Virus record (IMG/VR): IMGVR_UViG_3300037258_001185
Span: 20,252-84,251 of that record
Length of the DNA stretch: 64,000 nt
Reading direction: 5' to 3' (one strand)
Source of the DNA: a virus
The position numbers and the translations under genes were made by a program. The stretch's first letter is position 1, and each line of letters opens with the position of its first letter. Under the pieces are notes generated by a model. It searched no databases, was not told the origin of the DNA, and saw only the letters and a list, made by a program, of their open reading frames with translations. Positions 10,827-20,606 of the stretch are shown piece after piece.

Positions 10827-11111
10827 ATGGCAGACAACAGGCACGACGCCGCGACCGAGTATGCCGAGACGCAATCTGCGATCGCCGCGGCGCTGACGGA
10901 AGACGCGGTCTCCCGGCTGCGCGCCAGCAACCTCGACGCCCCGACGGAATGGCCGCTCCGGTTGGCGTGGTGGGGCGCCCCCATCGGCTTGATGATCGAA
11001 ACCGAACAAGGGACGTACTGCCTTTCGCCCGACGACCCGATCAAGCCAGCGGACGCCCTGCGCCGGCTGTTCCATCCGGGATTTGCCTCGCCGCATGGCG
11101 GCTGGTGCTGA
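10827..11111 (+). CDS. Hypothetical protein
   Basis: GAGGAG RBS. Confidence 0.5.
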   Translation: MADNRHDAATEYAETQSAIAAALTEDAVSRLRASNLDAPTEWPLRLAWWGAPIGLMIETEQGTYCLSPDDPIKPADALRRLFHPGFASPHGGWC

Positions 11112-11123
11112 AGGAGGACCACG

Positions 11124-11588
11124 ATGGCATCCAAGTTCAACATCTTCAACAAGGGCGACATCGTGGTGGTGTCATACGCGGAACGGCAGCCGCATCTGTT
11201 TCGGTACGTCAAAGGCTTTGTCGCCGATGACGGCGAGATACTGCATCGGGTCGACTCGATCGAGACGGATTTTGGCGCGCACCAGGCCATCGTCCCGGAT
11301 GAGCATATCGAACTCGCTGGCGAACTCCGGTTCTTTGCCGTCGATCATTGGGTCTACGAGCTGGAGAACGACACCATTCGCCAAGCCGCCAATTTCGATA
11401 CGAGCGAGGCCGCCGGTCGTTGCGCGCAGTTGATGCAGGCCGGTCTCGATGCGGCGCAATCCGAGCTACGGCCGAGCGCGGGAAAGCTGTTCTTGGCGCT
11501 CGAACACGGGAACGCCGAGCATCGCGCATGGCTGCGCACCGCGATCAACGCCATTTTCGCCGGCGAGCCCGTCCCGCTGCCGGCTTAA
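11124..11588 (+). CDS. Hypothetical protein
   Basis: AGGAGG RBS; phage-like codon use. Confidence 0.6.
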   Translation: MASKFNIFNKGDIVVVSYAERQPHLFRYVKGFVADDGEILHRVDSIETDFGAHQAIVPDEHIELAGELRFFAVDHWVYELENDTIRQAANFDTSEAAGRCAQLMQAGLDAAQSELRPSAGKLFLALEHGNAEHRAWLRTAINAIFAGEPVPLPA

Positions 11589-11720
11589 GCAGCCGCCAGC
11601 AGGTCTGCCTGGACGGCCGACGAGCGCAGCGCCTGCTCCATCTGCGCGAGGTGCTTCTGGATCAGCGCCAGCTTGTCGGCGTAGGTTATGGCGCGGCTCG
11701 GATCAATGCGCGCCTTTTAT

Positions 11721-11942
11721 TTATGGAACCACGCGGGTAACCCTAGCGTCCATCGGGACGATCTTGTCTGAGCGGACGCTTCGCATCGCGAGGTCGATCG
11801 CCCGAGCCCAATCGCCGGCCATGACCTTGATGACGGAGATTTGCCGCTTTTCGCCGTCGGTCCAGTGGATCTTGACGTCGAACGGCCGCGCCGGCGGCAA
11901 CGCGATGGGCGTCTCGATGGTCTCCGGGCGGCGCGCGCTCAT
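11721..11942 (-). CDS. Hypothetical protein
   Basis: Coupled leftward ORF chain. Confidence 0.45.
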   Translation of the reverse strand: MSARRPETIETPIALPPARPFDVKIHWTDGEKRQISVIKVMAGDWARAIDLAMRSVRSDKIVPMDARVTRVVP

Positions 11943-12175
11943 AAGGTCGCCCCCGCCCAATCGATCTGGGATTCGGTGTGAGGCGGTATCTCCAGATCAG
12001 CCTCGTCGATCAGCTCGCCCTCGATCTCTTCTTCGCCGGTGGCGCGGCAGATCGGGCACGGCTCCCAATAGCCGAGCGGCGAGCCATCGTGCCGATCATA
12101 GCCTCCGGTCAGCACGCCCCAGCCGCGCTCCCCGTCACAGGTGCGGCATTCGATGATGAGCGGGCGGCACATCAC
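11939..12175 (-). CDS. Small CxxC zinc-ribbon protein
   Basis: CRTCDG...CPICRATG. Confidence 0.55.
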   Translation of the reverse strand: MMCRPLIIECRTCDGERGWGVLTGGYDRHDGSPLGYWEPCPICRATGEEEIEGELIDEADLEIPPHTESQIDWAGATL

Positions 12176-12384
12176 CGGGGCGCCGCGATGCGAACGATGC
12201 GGCAGGTGATCGGTCGGCCGAGCTTCGCGGCACCGTCACAAAGATGGCGCTTGGCTGTCTCGGCCTCTTCGCGCGACAGCGGCTTGCAATACGCCACCGT
12301 GTCATGCACGCGAAGGTCCATGCCGATATACTGGAACGGCCCGGATTTACCTTTCTCGCGCACCGCTACCGTGTAATCCATCAC
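12172..12384 (-). CDS. Hypothetical protein
   Basis: Coupled leftward ORF chain. Confidence 0.45.
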   Translation of the reverse strand: MMDYTVAVREKGKSGPFQYIGMDLRVHDTVAYCKPLSREEAETAKRHLCDGAAKLGRPITCRIVRIAAPR

Positions 12385-12599
12385 TCGCCCTCCAGTTCGG
12401 CGCTGCTGTCGAAGATTTCGAAGCCGTGATCCAACGGTGGGACGCCAGGGTCGATCAGTTCCCGCAGGGCGCGCTCGACGGTCGTGATGCCATCGCCCAT
12501 CCCGGGATCCTGCTCATTGGCGTATCGCTGTGCCGCAGCAATCACTTTCTTCGGGTCATGCACCTCGACGACGACCGTCACGACGTAACGGGACATCAT
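12381..12599 (-). CDS. Hypothetical protein
   Basis: Coupled leftward ORF chain. Confidence 0.5.
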   Translation of the reverse strand: MMSRYVVTVVVEVHDPKKVIAAAQRYANEQDPGMGDGITTVERALRELIDPGVPPLDHGFEIFDSSAELEGE

Positions 12600-13045
12600 T
12601 CGCCCTCCACGATGTAGCGCTGGGCACGGCCAGCGTCGGTGATCTCGAAACAATCGGCGTTCGGCTGATCGCAGCGGCGCAGCAGGCCCAAGCCTGCCAG
12701 GTTGGCGCAGTCGGCGTCCGTGGCGTCGCCGGGCGGCAGCCAACCGCCGGGGCCGCCGCGCCCGTAGTAGCCGACGATCAGGTGATCGCGGTAGGTGATC
12801 TCTGGACCCTCCGGATGGAGGGCCCGGTAAGCCTCAGCGGTGGCGCGGGCATCTTCCCACCGTCCCCGGGACCGCTCATCGAGCTGTTCGTTATTCCAGG
12901 ACTTCCCGCACCCATCGCAGGTACAGGAAATGAATGGGCCGAGCGTCGGATGGAGGGTGTCGCATTGCAATCGTCCGCAGCCGGGGCACTGCCACTCTTC
13001 GACGGAAAATTCCGTCCCGTCCTTCGTGGTGATCTGTTCAGCCAC
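12596..13045 (-). CDS. Hypothetical zinc-binding protein
   Basis: CPGC...CDGC; GTG start with RBS. Confidence 0.5.
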   Translation of the reverse strand: MAEQITTKDGTEFSVEEWQCPGCGRLQCDTLHPTLGPFISCTCDGCGKSWNNEQLDERSRGRWEDARATAEAYRALHPEGPEITYRDHLIVGYYGRGGPGGWLPPGDATDADCANLAGLGLLRRCDQPNADCFEITDAGRAQRYIVEGE

Positions 13046-13056
13046 CTCGCCCTCCC

Positions 13057-13587
13057 TTATGCGGCCGCGATGATTTCGGCGAGGCGCCGGCCGTCCGAGA
13101 CACCATCCCAATGCGGGAGGGCGCCCTCGTTCCACAGCACACAATGCTGTTCGGGCGTCAGCGCCTTCCAGGCGCGCTCGGCCTTCGCCTCGAAAACGGG
13201 CGAGATTTCGCGGCTGAGGCTCGGCATCGAGCCGTGGAAATGCACCAGCTTGGCGTCCGGGTCCGGCCGGTCGACCTTATGCGCCGGGACCGACCCCATC
13301 GAGCCTACGGTGCCGCTGGTTCCGGCATAGACGACCGAGCCGTCCGGCAGCAGCCAGGAATTTGTCGAGTAGCGCATGTCGATCATGCCGTCGAAGCTGT
13401 CGCCGCTATAGGGGTCCACGAGATCGCGAACCGCCCTCTTCGGCGGCCCGTCGGTCCATTTGACCTCCAGGTGCGAGCCCATGCTGTAGGACTCGGTGCG
13501 CACCGAGAACTTGACGCCGGGGAAGGCGCGCTTCAGCGCGGCGCGCACCATCTTGGCGGCATCCTTAGTCTGGATGTATTCGAACAT
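13057..13587 (-). CDS. LPD29-like (large polyvalent protein-associated) domain protein
   Basis: AAKMVRAALKRAFPGVKFSVRT..YSMGS..EVKWTDGP...FDGMID. Confidence 0.7.
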   Translation of the reverse strand: MFEYIQTKDAAKMVRAALKRAFPGVKFSVRTESYSMGSHLEVKWTDGPPKRAVRDLVDPYSGDSFDGMIDMRYSTNSWLLPDGSVVYAGTSGTVGSMGSVPAHKVDRPDPDAKLVHFHGSMPSLSREISPVFEAKAERAWKALTPEQHCVLWNEGALPHWDGVSDGRRLAEIIAAA

Positions 13588-13615
13588 CGGAAACTCCGTG
13601 GAAGGATCAAGCAGT

Positions 13616-13684
13616 CTCAACGGCTTGATAATACCACAACCACGGTATCGGTCAACATAAAAGCGCGTAATGTGCGCTTTATTT
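13616..13684 (-). promoter_or_regulatory. Repeated leftward promoter plus palindrome, copy 1
   Basis: Minus strand: AAAGCGC-N6-GCGCTTT, then TTGAC...TATTAT...GTTGAG. Confidence 0.75.
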
Positions 13685-14059
13685 CTTGTCTGCCGGCAGT
13701 ATCCTTGGCGTGCGAGGCGGCGCAGGCCGATAGGTGGGGACGGCGCCGGCGGCGTCTTCGAGCGAGACGACGATACGACTATAGGCGGCCCGCAATTCCT
13801 GATCCGACAGGCGGGTCGCTCCCATTTCCACGTCGAGCCCTTTGACCGCGAGCTCGAGTTGGCGCGGGACTGTGATCAGGACGTTGCTGCCACGGGTCTT
13901 GCCGCGCTCGGCGTATTGGTAAGTGCGGCGCGCGACGCCCAAGAGGGCGGCGGCAGCGCGCTGAATCAAGCCGCGCGACCGGCGCCACGCCCGCAGCTCG
14001 GCCGGCGTCATCTTGCCCTGGATCGGGTCAATCTCAAGGAGCGAGCGGTTTTCCATCAA
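13679..14059 (-). CDS. XRE-family HTH protein
   Basis: MTPAELRAWRRSRGLIQRAAAALLGVARRTYQYAERG. Confidence 0.8.
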   Translation of the reverse strand: MMENRSLLEIDPIQGKMTPAELRAWRRSRGLIQRAAAALLGVARRTYQYAERGKTRGSNVLITVPRQLELAVKGLDVEMGATRLSDQELRAAYSRIVVSLEDAAGAVPTYRPAPPRTPRILPADKK

Positions 14060-14502
14060 CCATCGGGCACCGCGGCGCGCAATGCGCGCTCCGCCATCCG
14101 AAATTTCACGAGGCGCAACTCCGCGTCAAGCCCCTTCGTCGCGAGCTCGATCAGACGCGGCACCTTTGGCACCCTCATGCGGCAGCGGGTATTGCCGTTC
14201 TCGGCGTGAACCAGGGTTCGCTTCGATATGCCGAGCAACTTGCTGGCGGCGTCTTGGGTAAAGCCATGGCTCTTACGCCAGAGGACCAGGTCGTCCGGCT
14301 TCATGCTGCTCGGGACGGCATGAACCACCTGCGGCGGCCGGCCCCTGACCTGGATGCCGGCTCTCTTCGCCAGCGCGCTCGCGGTGGAGGGGTGGATGCC
14401 AAGATCGGAGGCGATGGCGGTGAGGGTGCGCCTGGCGTCGACGCCGGTCCGGATGGCTTCGATCTTCGCGTCCCGTATTGCGTCAGTTTCCTTGGGCATC
14501 AT
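14056..14502 (-). CDS. Double-HTH (XRE) protein
   Basis: TLTAIASDLGIHPST and WRKSHGFTQDAASKLLGISKRTLVHAENG. Confidence 0.75.
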   Translation of the reverse strand: MMPKETDAIRDAKIEAIRTGVDARRTLTAIASDLGIHPSTASALAKRAGIQVRGRPPQVVHAVPSSMKPDDLVLWRKSHGFTQDAASKLLGISKRTLVHAENGNTRCRMRVPKVPRLIELATKGLDAELRLVKFRMAERALRAAVPDG

Positions 14503-15275
14503 GCCTTCGCCACCTCCCAGAGACCCGGTCCGCGACGGCAGAATGCGGCACTCAATTGCAGGGTCTGCCGGATCTTCGCCTTGTAGTGGCGATTGCGGGC
14601 CGCCTTCGGGTGCGTGGCGACGGCGCGATACAGGTCCGCAAGCGGCACTGGACCATCGCTCCCCTCGAGCAGTTTCTCGACGATCTCGCGCCACGACGGC
14701 AACTCGATCACGGCGCCGAGGAAGGATCTCGGGATGCGGAGCGGCACGAATTGACCGGCGAGCAGGCAGCACGCCAGGATGTCAGCATCGGACTTGCCAT
14801 AGGCGATCAACACCGAGGGGGCGCCGCTATTGTGCGGCGCCCGACTGCCGTCCGGAAAATGGAAGTTGATCCGGCCTCGCAGGAATAGCATGGCGGCGGC
14901 GCGCTCCCAGGCATGGGAAAAGAACGCCTCCGTCTCGGTGCGCGCGAAGATGAACGCGGTCCCCTGGTTATGCTGCCCCATGCGGCCGAGCCATCGGCCG
15001 ATTTCGGCCGCGCTGTATGGCGGGTTCAGCCAGACACGGCCGAACCACGGCAGCATCAGGCCATTGTCGCGTCTCGTGTAGTGCCGCTGCGCGGTCGACC
15101 ACGGCCGGCTCTCCGGGCTGCACGGGTCCAGGTCGAACGACTCGGCGCCACCCAGCGCGCCAATGATCTCGGGGGGCGTCAGCCACTCCACCGTGCCGGC
15201 TGCGGGGCTGTGATGAGAGCCCATGCCGTGAGCGATCGACGCCGCGTTGCCCGCGAACAGGTTTCCTTGGCCCAT
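14499..15275 (-). CDS. Phage Dam-like DNA N6-adenine methyltransferase
   Basis: EWLTPPEII, FDLDPC, VWLNPPY, ARTET, FLRGRINF. Confidence 0.88.
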   Translation of the reverse strand: MGQGNLFAGNAASIAHGMGSHHSPAAGTVEWLTPPEIIGALGGAESFDLDPCSPESRPWSTAQRHYTRRDNGLMLPWFGRVWLNPPYSAAEIGRWLGRMGQHNQGTAFIFARTETEAFFSHAWERAAAMLFLRGRINFHFPDGSRAPHNSGAPSVLIAYGKSDADILACCLLAGQFVPLRIPRSFLGAVIELPSWREIVEKLLEGSDGPVPLADLYRAVATHPKAARNRHYKAKIRQTLQLSAAFCRRGPGLWEVAKA

Positions 15276-15278
15276 CGC

Positions 15279-17573
15279 TCAATTCCCCATGATGGCGGTG
15301 ACGAGGGCGCAGGCCGTATTGACGGGCACCGCGTTGCCGATCTGCTTGGTGATCTCGGTCTTCGTCCCGACGAACTCGTATTCGATCTCTCCTTCGCTGA
15401 AGCCCATCGCCCTGGCCAACTCCTTCGGATCGAGCATGCGGAAGCGGATGTCATAGCGGCGCTCGCCGGCGGCGCCCTCGACCAGTTGCACGCGGCCGGC
15501 GGCGCAGATCGTCGGCGCCGGGTCGTCGATGCTGTGCACGCGCGGCGCCTGCCCTGGCCGCTCGCCAAAGGCGGCGGCGATGAAGGCCAGCTCGCCGCGC
15601 GGCGCGGCGGTGATCGTCGGCAGCGGATCATCTGGCGAGCGGACGCGGCCCTTGTCGCCGCCGTGCGTGACCGGCATGACCAGCGCGAACTCGCCGCCCT
15701 TGGCCGTCGTCATGGTCGGCAGCGGGTCGTCGATCGCGCGCGGGCCCGGGCCGCCGGTGCTGTTCGTGACCGGGACGACGAGGCCGAAGCGTGCCTTGGT
15801 CGTGACGGTCGGCAACGGCGTCTCGGTCGAGCCGCAGGTCTCGCCCGAGCCCGAGCCGTAATAAGGGGCGATGAGGGCGTGGGCGCCGCCGTGGCCGCCC
15901 GTAGTGATCGTTGGGACCGGCTGATCAACGCTGCGCGGCGCGCCGCAAGAGGCTTGCGAAAGCACGAACGGCTGGACCACGGCGATTTGCGATTTCGTGG
16001 TCAGCGCCGGGACTGGATCGCCGATCGCCGATGGCACATTGCCATCGCGCATTGCCGAGACGAACGGCTCGACGATGCCGAACTTCCCTCCTCCGGCGTG
16101 GATGGTCTGCAGCGGGTCGTCCAGGCTGCGGCACCGCCGGCTATCGGGATCGCGCTCATGCGCTGGGTTGCCATGCGCCAAGGTCGCGATAAACGGCTCG
16201 ACGACCAGCGGCTCGCAGAGAAACTGGCCGCCGCCGGTTGTCGTGGTGATCCCGCCGACCGGATCATCGACGCTCTTCGGCGTGTTGTTGGTCCGGTTGC
16301 CGCAGACGAACGGATCGAGGCGCCATTCCTCGCCGCAGCGCGGGCATTCTGGCGACGACAAGCCTCCTGGCTCACTTCCGGCGTACCTATCGGTGAACAT
16401 CTCGCCGCAGGCCTGACAACGCCATGCGGTCGTCGGCTCCACCATATAGCCGGCGCCGCGGCAGTCAGCCGTCGGCATCGGCTCGTCGAGCGGATGCGCA
16501 CGGGTCGCGCCGTTGTCGCCATGCCGGTTCAGGATGAACGGCTCGACGACGGCCGGCCGCGCGCACCCGGGGCGCCGCTCATTCGAGGCTCCCCCCGTGG
16601 TAATCGTCATCAACGGGTCTTCGACCGAGCGCGCCGCACCGCTGCTGCTGTTCGACAGCGTGAACGGCATGGGCACAGCCAGCGCGATATGCGTGCCGCC
16701 GGCGCAGATCGCCGGGACCGGCTCGTCGATGCTTTGCGCGTCCATGTGGTTACGCAGGATGACGAGGAACGGATCAGGCCACTTGAATTTGACGGCGCCG
16801 GCGTAGATCCGCGCCAGCGTCTTCGGGCTGAGCGGCCGCTTGCGGTCGAAGATCGACTTGCCGGAGAGCGACCAGTCGATGATTTCTCGGGCCGCACGCC
16901 ATTTCTCGGTCGCATGGCCGAGCAGGTCGCCGACGGCGCCCTTGCGGCTGTGGGTCGGCGTCGGCCAGACGATGCGTTTGCCGTCCGACCGCGCCATCAG
17001 GAAGAAACGCTCGCGGGTCGTCGCGTCGCCAAAGTCGGCAGCGTTCAGGACGCGCCACTCAACCTTGAACCCGGCGCCGCGCAGCGCGTTGACCCAGGCG
17101 AGGAAATACTCGCCCTCATGGCGCTTTGACGGCCGGCCAGTGCGCAGGTTGACCCTCCCCCAGCGCACAAATTCCGGGACGTTCTCGACGATCAGTCGCT
17201 TGATCCTGAGCTCGGTGCACCAGTGGATGATCGCCCACGGGTCCATGCGCTGCTGGTCGTTGATCGGCTTGCCGCCGCGGGCGCGCGAGTGATAGGTGCA
17301 GCTCGGGCTCGCCATCAGCAGGTCGAGCTTGCCCTCGGGGACCAGTTCGATCGGCTTGGCGACATTGACGTCCTGGCAATAGTGACGCGCCTCCGGGTGA
17401 TTGCGGCTGTGGGATTCAATGGCGAGCGGCCAATGGTTGACGGCACAAAGGTCCATCCGGTAGCCAAGGCCGAGCAGAGCCCGGCGCGCGCCGGTCGAAC
17501 TGCCGCCAGCTCCGCAAAACAGATCGGCGACTAGCGCGGTGCGGGTCGGGGCCGGGAGCGTGTCATGCGGCAT
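15279..17573 (-). CDS. DNA (cytosine-5) methyltransferase with a repeat-expanded variable region
   Basis: DLFCGAGG, ASPSC, IVENV, RERFF, QIGNAVP. Confidence 0.92.
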   Translation of the reverse strand: MPHDTLPAPTRTALVADLFCGAGGSSTGARRALLGLGYRMDLCAVNHWPLAIESHSRNHPEARHYCQDVNVAKPIELVPEGKLDLLMASPSCTYHSRARGGKPINDQQRMDPWAIIHWCTELRIKRLIVENVPEFVRWGRVNLRTGRPSKRHEGEYFLAWVNALRGAGFKVEWRVLNAADFGDATTRERFFLMARSDGKRIVWPTPTHSRKGAVGDLLGHATEKWRAAREIIDWSLSGKSIFDRKRPLSPKTLARIYAGAVKFKWPDPFLVILRNHMDAQSIDEPVPAICAGGTHIALAVPMPFTLSNSSSGAARSVEDPLMTITTGGASNERRPGCARPAVVEPFILNRHGDNGATRAHPLDEPMPTADCRGAGYMVEPTTAWRCQACGEMFTDRYAGSEPGGLSSPECPRCGEEWRLDPFVCGNRTNNTPKSVDDPVGGITTTTGGGQFLCEPLVVEPFIATLAHGNPAHERDPDSRRCRSLDDPLQTIHAGGGKFGIVEPFVSAMRDGNVPSAIGDPVPALTTKSQIAVVQPFVLSQASCGAPRSVDQPVPTITTGGHGGAHALIAPYYGSGSGETCGSTETPLPTVTTKARFGLVVPVTNSTGGPGPRAIDDPLPTMTTAKGGEFALVMPVTHGGDKGRVRSPDDPLPTITAAPRGELAFIAAAFGERPGQAPRVHSIDDPAPTICAAGRVQLVEGAAGERRYDIRFRMLDPKELARAMGFSEGEIEYEFVGTKTEITKQIGNAVPVNTACALVTAIMGN

Positions 17574-18153
17574 GATCGGCTCCCGTCTCCGGAGCGGCCA
17601 GCGGCCGGTTTAGCCGCTCACAGAGGGCTTCGGTCTCGCTGCTCGTCAGCGGCTCAAGCTGCTCTCCGCTTGTCGCGATGTTGCCGATATCGGCCATCGT
17701 TGGACCGGCAGGGGGAATCGTCACGACGCAGACCGGCCAGTCTACCGAGCCGCCGAAATCGCTCGCGATGGACTGAAACAGCCGCAGCCCCGCCAGGACT
17801 GCAGCCAACTCGCGATCATGCAGGACTGCAGCCCACTCGCGATCATGCAGCGCCAGCTCGTCACCGGCAAACTCGGCTGGGATTGGCAGCTTCGGCAGAC
17901 CAGCGCTATAGAGCGCGTGCGCCGCCGGACTGCCGACGGCCGCAAACTTGTTATAGTCGGGCTGGTAATCTTCGGGGATCTCGACCGCCTCGGTGATCGC
18001 GGTCGCCCGGGCGTTGTCGTAATCGTTTTCGGCGAAATCCCAATTGTCGTTGTCGATCACGCCGCGGCACGCCGTCGCCAAATCCGGCGCCTCGACGACC
18101 TCGTGCTTGTAGACGGGCAGCAGGTATTGCGCCTCGATGACGAATTTGGGCAT
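17563..18153 (-). CDS. Hypothetical protein
   Basis: GGAG RBS; contains a 9-aa duplication. Confidence 0.6.
   Translation of the reverse strand: MPKFVIEAQYLLPVYKHEVVEAPDLATACRGVIDNDNWDFAENDYDNARATAITEAVEIPEDYQPDYNKFAAVGSPAAHALYSAGLPKLPIPAEFAGDELALHDREWAAVLHDRELAAVLAGLRLFQSIASDFGGSVDWPVCVVTIPPAGPTMADIGNIATSGEQLEPLTSSETEALCERLNRPLAAPETGADHAA
17794..17850. repeat. 27-bp tandem duplication (LHDRExAAV x2)
   Basis: caggactgcagcc(a/c)actcgcgatcatg twice. Confidence 0.9.
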
Positions 18154-18176
18154 GGCAGATTCTCCAAGGGAAAGGA

Positions 18177-18395
18177 TCAGGCGGCCGGCTTCAGCGCTCG
18201 CTCAATGATGTGCATTGCGTCGCCGTAGCGCCGCCACTCGGCGGCGGTCAGGACGACGTGATATTCGGCGGCATCGGGCACATCAAAATCGGCCTTTGCC
18301 TGCTCGGGATAGATTTGCCTATCGAGAGCGGCCTCGACATCGCCAAGCGCCTCAAAGGCCTCGGCCAGCGGGTTCGTCGGTGTAGTTTTGGGCAT
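18177..18395 (-). CDS. Hypothetical protein
   Basis: First gene after promoter copy 2; GAGG RBS. Confidence 0.55.
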   Translation of the reverse strand: MPKTTPTNPLAEAFEALGDVEAALDRQIYPEQAKADFDVPDAAEYHVVLTAAEWRRYGDAMHIIERALKPAA

Positions 18396-18422
18396 CTTGG
18401 CCTCGGGAAGGGAAAAGCAAAA

Positions 18423-18492
18423 CTCAACAGCGCAACAATAACATATTGCGGGTTCCCGTCAACAAAAAGCGCACTATACGCGCTTTTTGTTG
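18423..18492 (-). promoter_or_regulatory. Repeated leftward promoter plus palindrome, copy 2
   Basis: caacaaaaagcgc-actatac-gcgctttttgttg inverted repeat abutting TTGAC; -10-like TATTGT. Confidence 0.75.
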
Positions 18493-19011
18493 CTGGCTCT
18501 GCGGCCTTGCCAGGGCGCTCGGCCCGTGGCATAAGGAGCGACTCCTTGGAAGGGAGTCGGCGCCTTAAGCAAGCGCCATCGGGCTCCCCGGCTCGGCTCA
18601 ACACGGGACCGGGGCCTCGGCGGGCCGAGGATTGGCAGAGACGGGCGCGTTCGCGCGACGCCCCAAGCCTTCCTCGGCCCCGCCCGATCATCTCCGAATA
18701 AAGTTGAGGCGATTTCTCTTCGCGTTCCGGGAATCATCCCGGACACTGTGAAAATTCTCAATCGAGAACTCCGAGTGGGCAGGGGAGGACGCCATGCGCG
18801 CGATCTGATTCCTGAGCCGGCGGCAACCGATGAATCCGGGCGCTCTCTGGATCGCCAAGGTGCGGTCCAAGATGTCAGGTGGAGGGCGCCGCCGGGGCAA
18901 GCGCTTGGTGCCTAATGCCAGCGCCTCGAACGCCGGATGGATTCCAGGCGTGACGGCCGCCAGAGGCGGCGCTCCATGCTACGTCGACTTCACGCCAGCG
19001 GAGTAAACGCG

Positions 19012-19341
19012 ATGGACAACCTGTTCGAAGGTGAGCCGGACGCCCGGCAGACTGACGCGCCGGTGACGGCGCCGCAGCATTCGCTGTTCCGCAAGCGCTA
19101 CCGCAAGTTGACGGAACCCGAGGTCGCGCTGCAGGACGCCATCAAGGACAAGGCCGATGAGCTCGCGGTGCTGATCGGCCTCCTCAATCCGGCCACCGCC
19201 AATCGGCTCGGCGTCCATTCCGTGACGACCGGATGCTCGCTTGCGATTGAGCTGGGCGACCGCGATCCCGCGAACGTGACGCTGGCCATTCGCCACCTTG
19301 AGGACGCCGTCTATCGCGCCGTCAAAGCACTGACTGCATAG
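19012..19341 (+). CDS. Acb2/Tad1-like putative cyclic-nucleotide sponge (anti-defence)
   Basis: YRKLTEPEVALQDAIKDKADEL...LAIRHLEDAVYRAVKALT resembles the Acb2 helical hairpin pattern. Confidence 0.6.
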   Translation: MDNLFEGEPDARQTDAPVTAPQHSLFRKRYRKLTEPEVALQDAIKDKADELAVLIGLLNPATANRLGVHSVTTGCSLAIELGDRDPANVTLAIRHLEDAVYRAVKALTA

Positions 19342-19350
19342 GCGACGCCA

Positions 19351-19830
19351 ATGTCGGGGGCGCGAGCGTTCGCAGATGCCGAGCTGATCGAGCACCTGCC
19401 GCGCTTGCGCCGCTACGCGCTGGCGCTGACGAGAGACGGCGATCGAGCCGACGACCTGGTGCAGGACACGATCATGCGCGCGCTCGACAAGCATGAGCTA
19501 TGGCGGCCCGGCAGCAGCCTGCGCGCATGGCTTTTCACGCTCTTACACAACACCTACGTCAACCAGATCAGGGCCATCAAAAGGCGCCCCGAGACGGTCG
19601 AGTTGACCGAGACGAACGGCGGTTCCCGGCCGGCGGCGGCCGAAGGGCTGCTATTCGCGAACGATCTCGCCTCGATCATTTCGGGCCTCGATATCAGCAC
19701 GCGCCGGCTGCTGGCGCTGATCTCCGACGGTCACTCCTACGAGGCGGTAGCCGGCATGCTCGACGTTCCGACCGGAACTGTCCGATCGCGCCTCTCTCGC
19801 GTCCGCGCCATGCTTTCGGGGGCCGCATGA
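19351..19830 (+). CDS. ECF sigma-70 factor
   Basis: LPRLRRYALALTRDGDRADDLVQDT...LRAWLFTLLHN; SYEAVAGMLDVPTGTVRSRLSR. Confidence 0.92.
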   Translation: MSGARAFADAELIEHLPRLRRYALALTRDGDRADDLVQDTIMRALDKHELWRPGSSLRAWLFTLLHNTYVNQIRAIKRRPETVELTETNGGSRPAAAEGLLFANDLASIISGLDISTRRLLALISDGHSYEAVAGMLDVPTGTVRSRLSRVRAMLSGAA

Positions 19831-20606
19831 ATCTTGGTGACAAGCCTGAGTTGCGGTGGCTCCCCGTCGACTGCCTGTCGGTCGACAACCGCTATCAGCG
19901 AACGCTCAACACCCGCGCCGGCAGGAAGCTCGTCGCCGAGATCGTCGCGAATTTCGCATGGTCCGCCTTCCAGGCGATCCTCGCGACGCCAGCCGGAGCC
20001 GGTTGGCTGATCGTTGATGGACAGCATCGCGTTGAGGCGGCTCGCCAGTTGGGTATCGCGGAGGTGCCGGCCGTTGTCGTCACCTCGGTCAGCGTCGTCG
20101 AGCAGGCCCTGGCCTTCGTGACCGCAAACAAACAGCGCGTCGCCGTCAACAACTACGCGCTGCATCACGCGGCCGTGGTCGGCGGCGATCCGCTTGCGAC
20201 CGAGGTCGACCGGGTGTGCCGCGAGGCCGGCGTCTCGGTGCCCCGCTATCCCATACCGGAGATCAACCTTGTGCCGGGCCAGACGCTCGCGCTCAGCACA
20301 ATCACCAGCCTCGTCAAAAATGACGCGGCGCTTGCGACTCTAACGCTGCGCTGTCTCGCCGAAGCCTACCGCCGCACTAAGGGAGCGCTCCGCGCGCCGA
20401 CGATCGCCGCCGCGGCTCTGGTGCTGGAAAGGCGCCCAAAGCCAGACCGGCCGGCCTCGGCCGGCATCATCACCAGTTTTCTCAGCCAGCGCACCTCAGC
20501 CGATCTGGCTATCGAGGCCCTGAAGCATCGCGGTAAGTACGGGGGCACGATGAAGGAAGCCATCGCCGGCATGCTGCGCCGCCGCGTCGAGGCGCCGCGC
20601 CGGTGA
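19827..20606 (+). CDS. ParB/Srx-like domain protein
   Basis: VDNRYQR...IVDGQHRVEAA. Confidence 0.75.
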   Translation: MNLGDKPELRWLPVDCLSVDNRYQRTLNTRAGRKLVAEIVANFAWSAFQAILATPAGAGWLIVDGQHRVEAARQLGIAEVPAVVVTSVSVVEQALAFVTANKQRVAVNNYALHHAAVVGGDPLATEVDRVCREAGVSVPRYPIPEINLVPGQTLALSTITSLVKNDAALATLTLRCLAEAYRRTKGALRAPTIAAAALVLERRPKPDRPASAGIITSFLSQRTSADLAIEALKHRGKYGGTMKEAIAGMLRRRVEAPRR

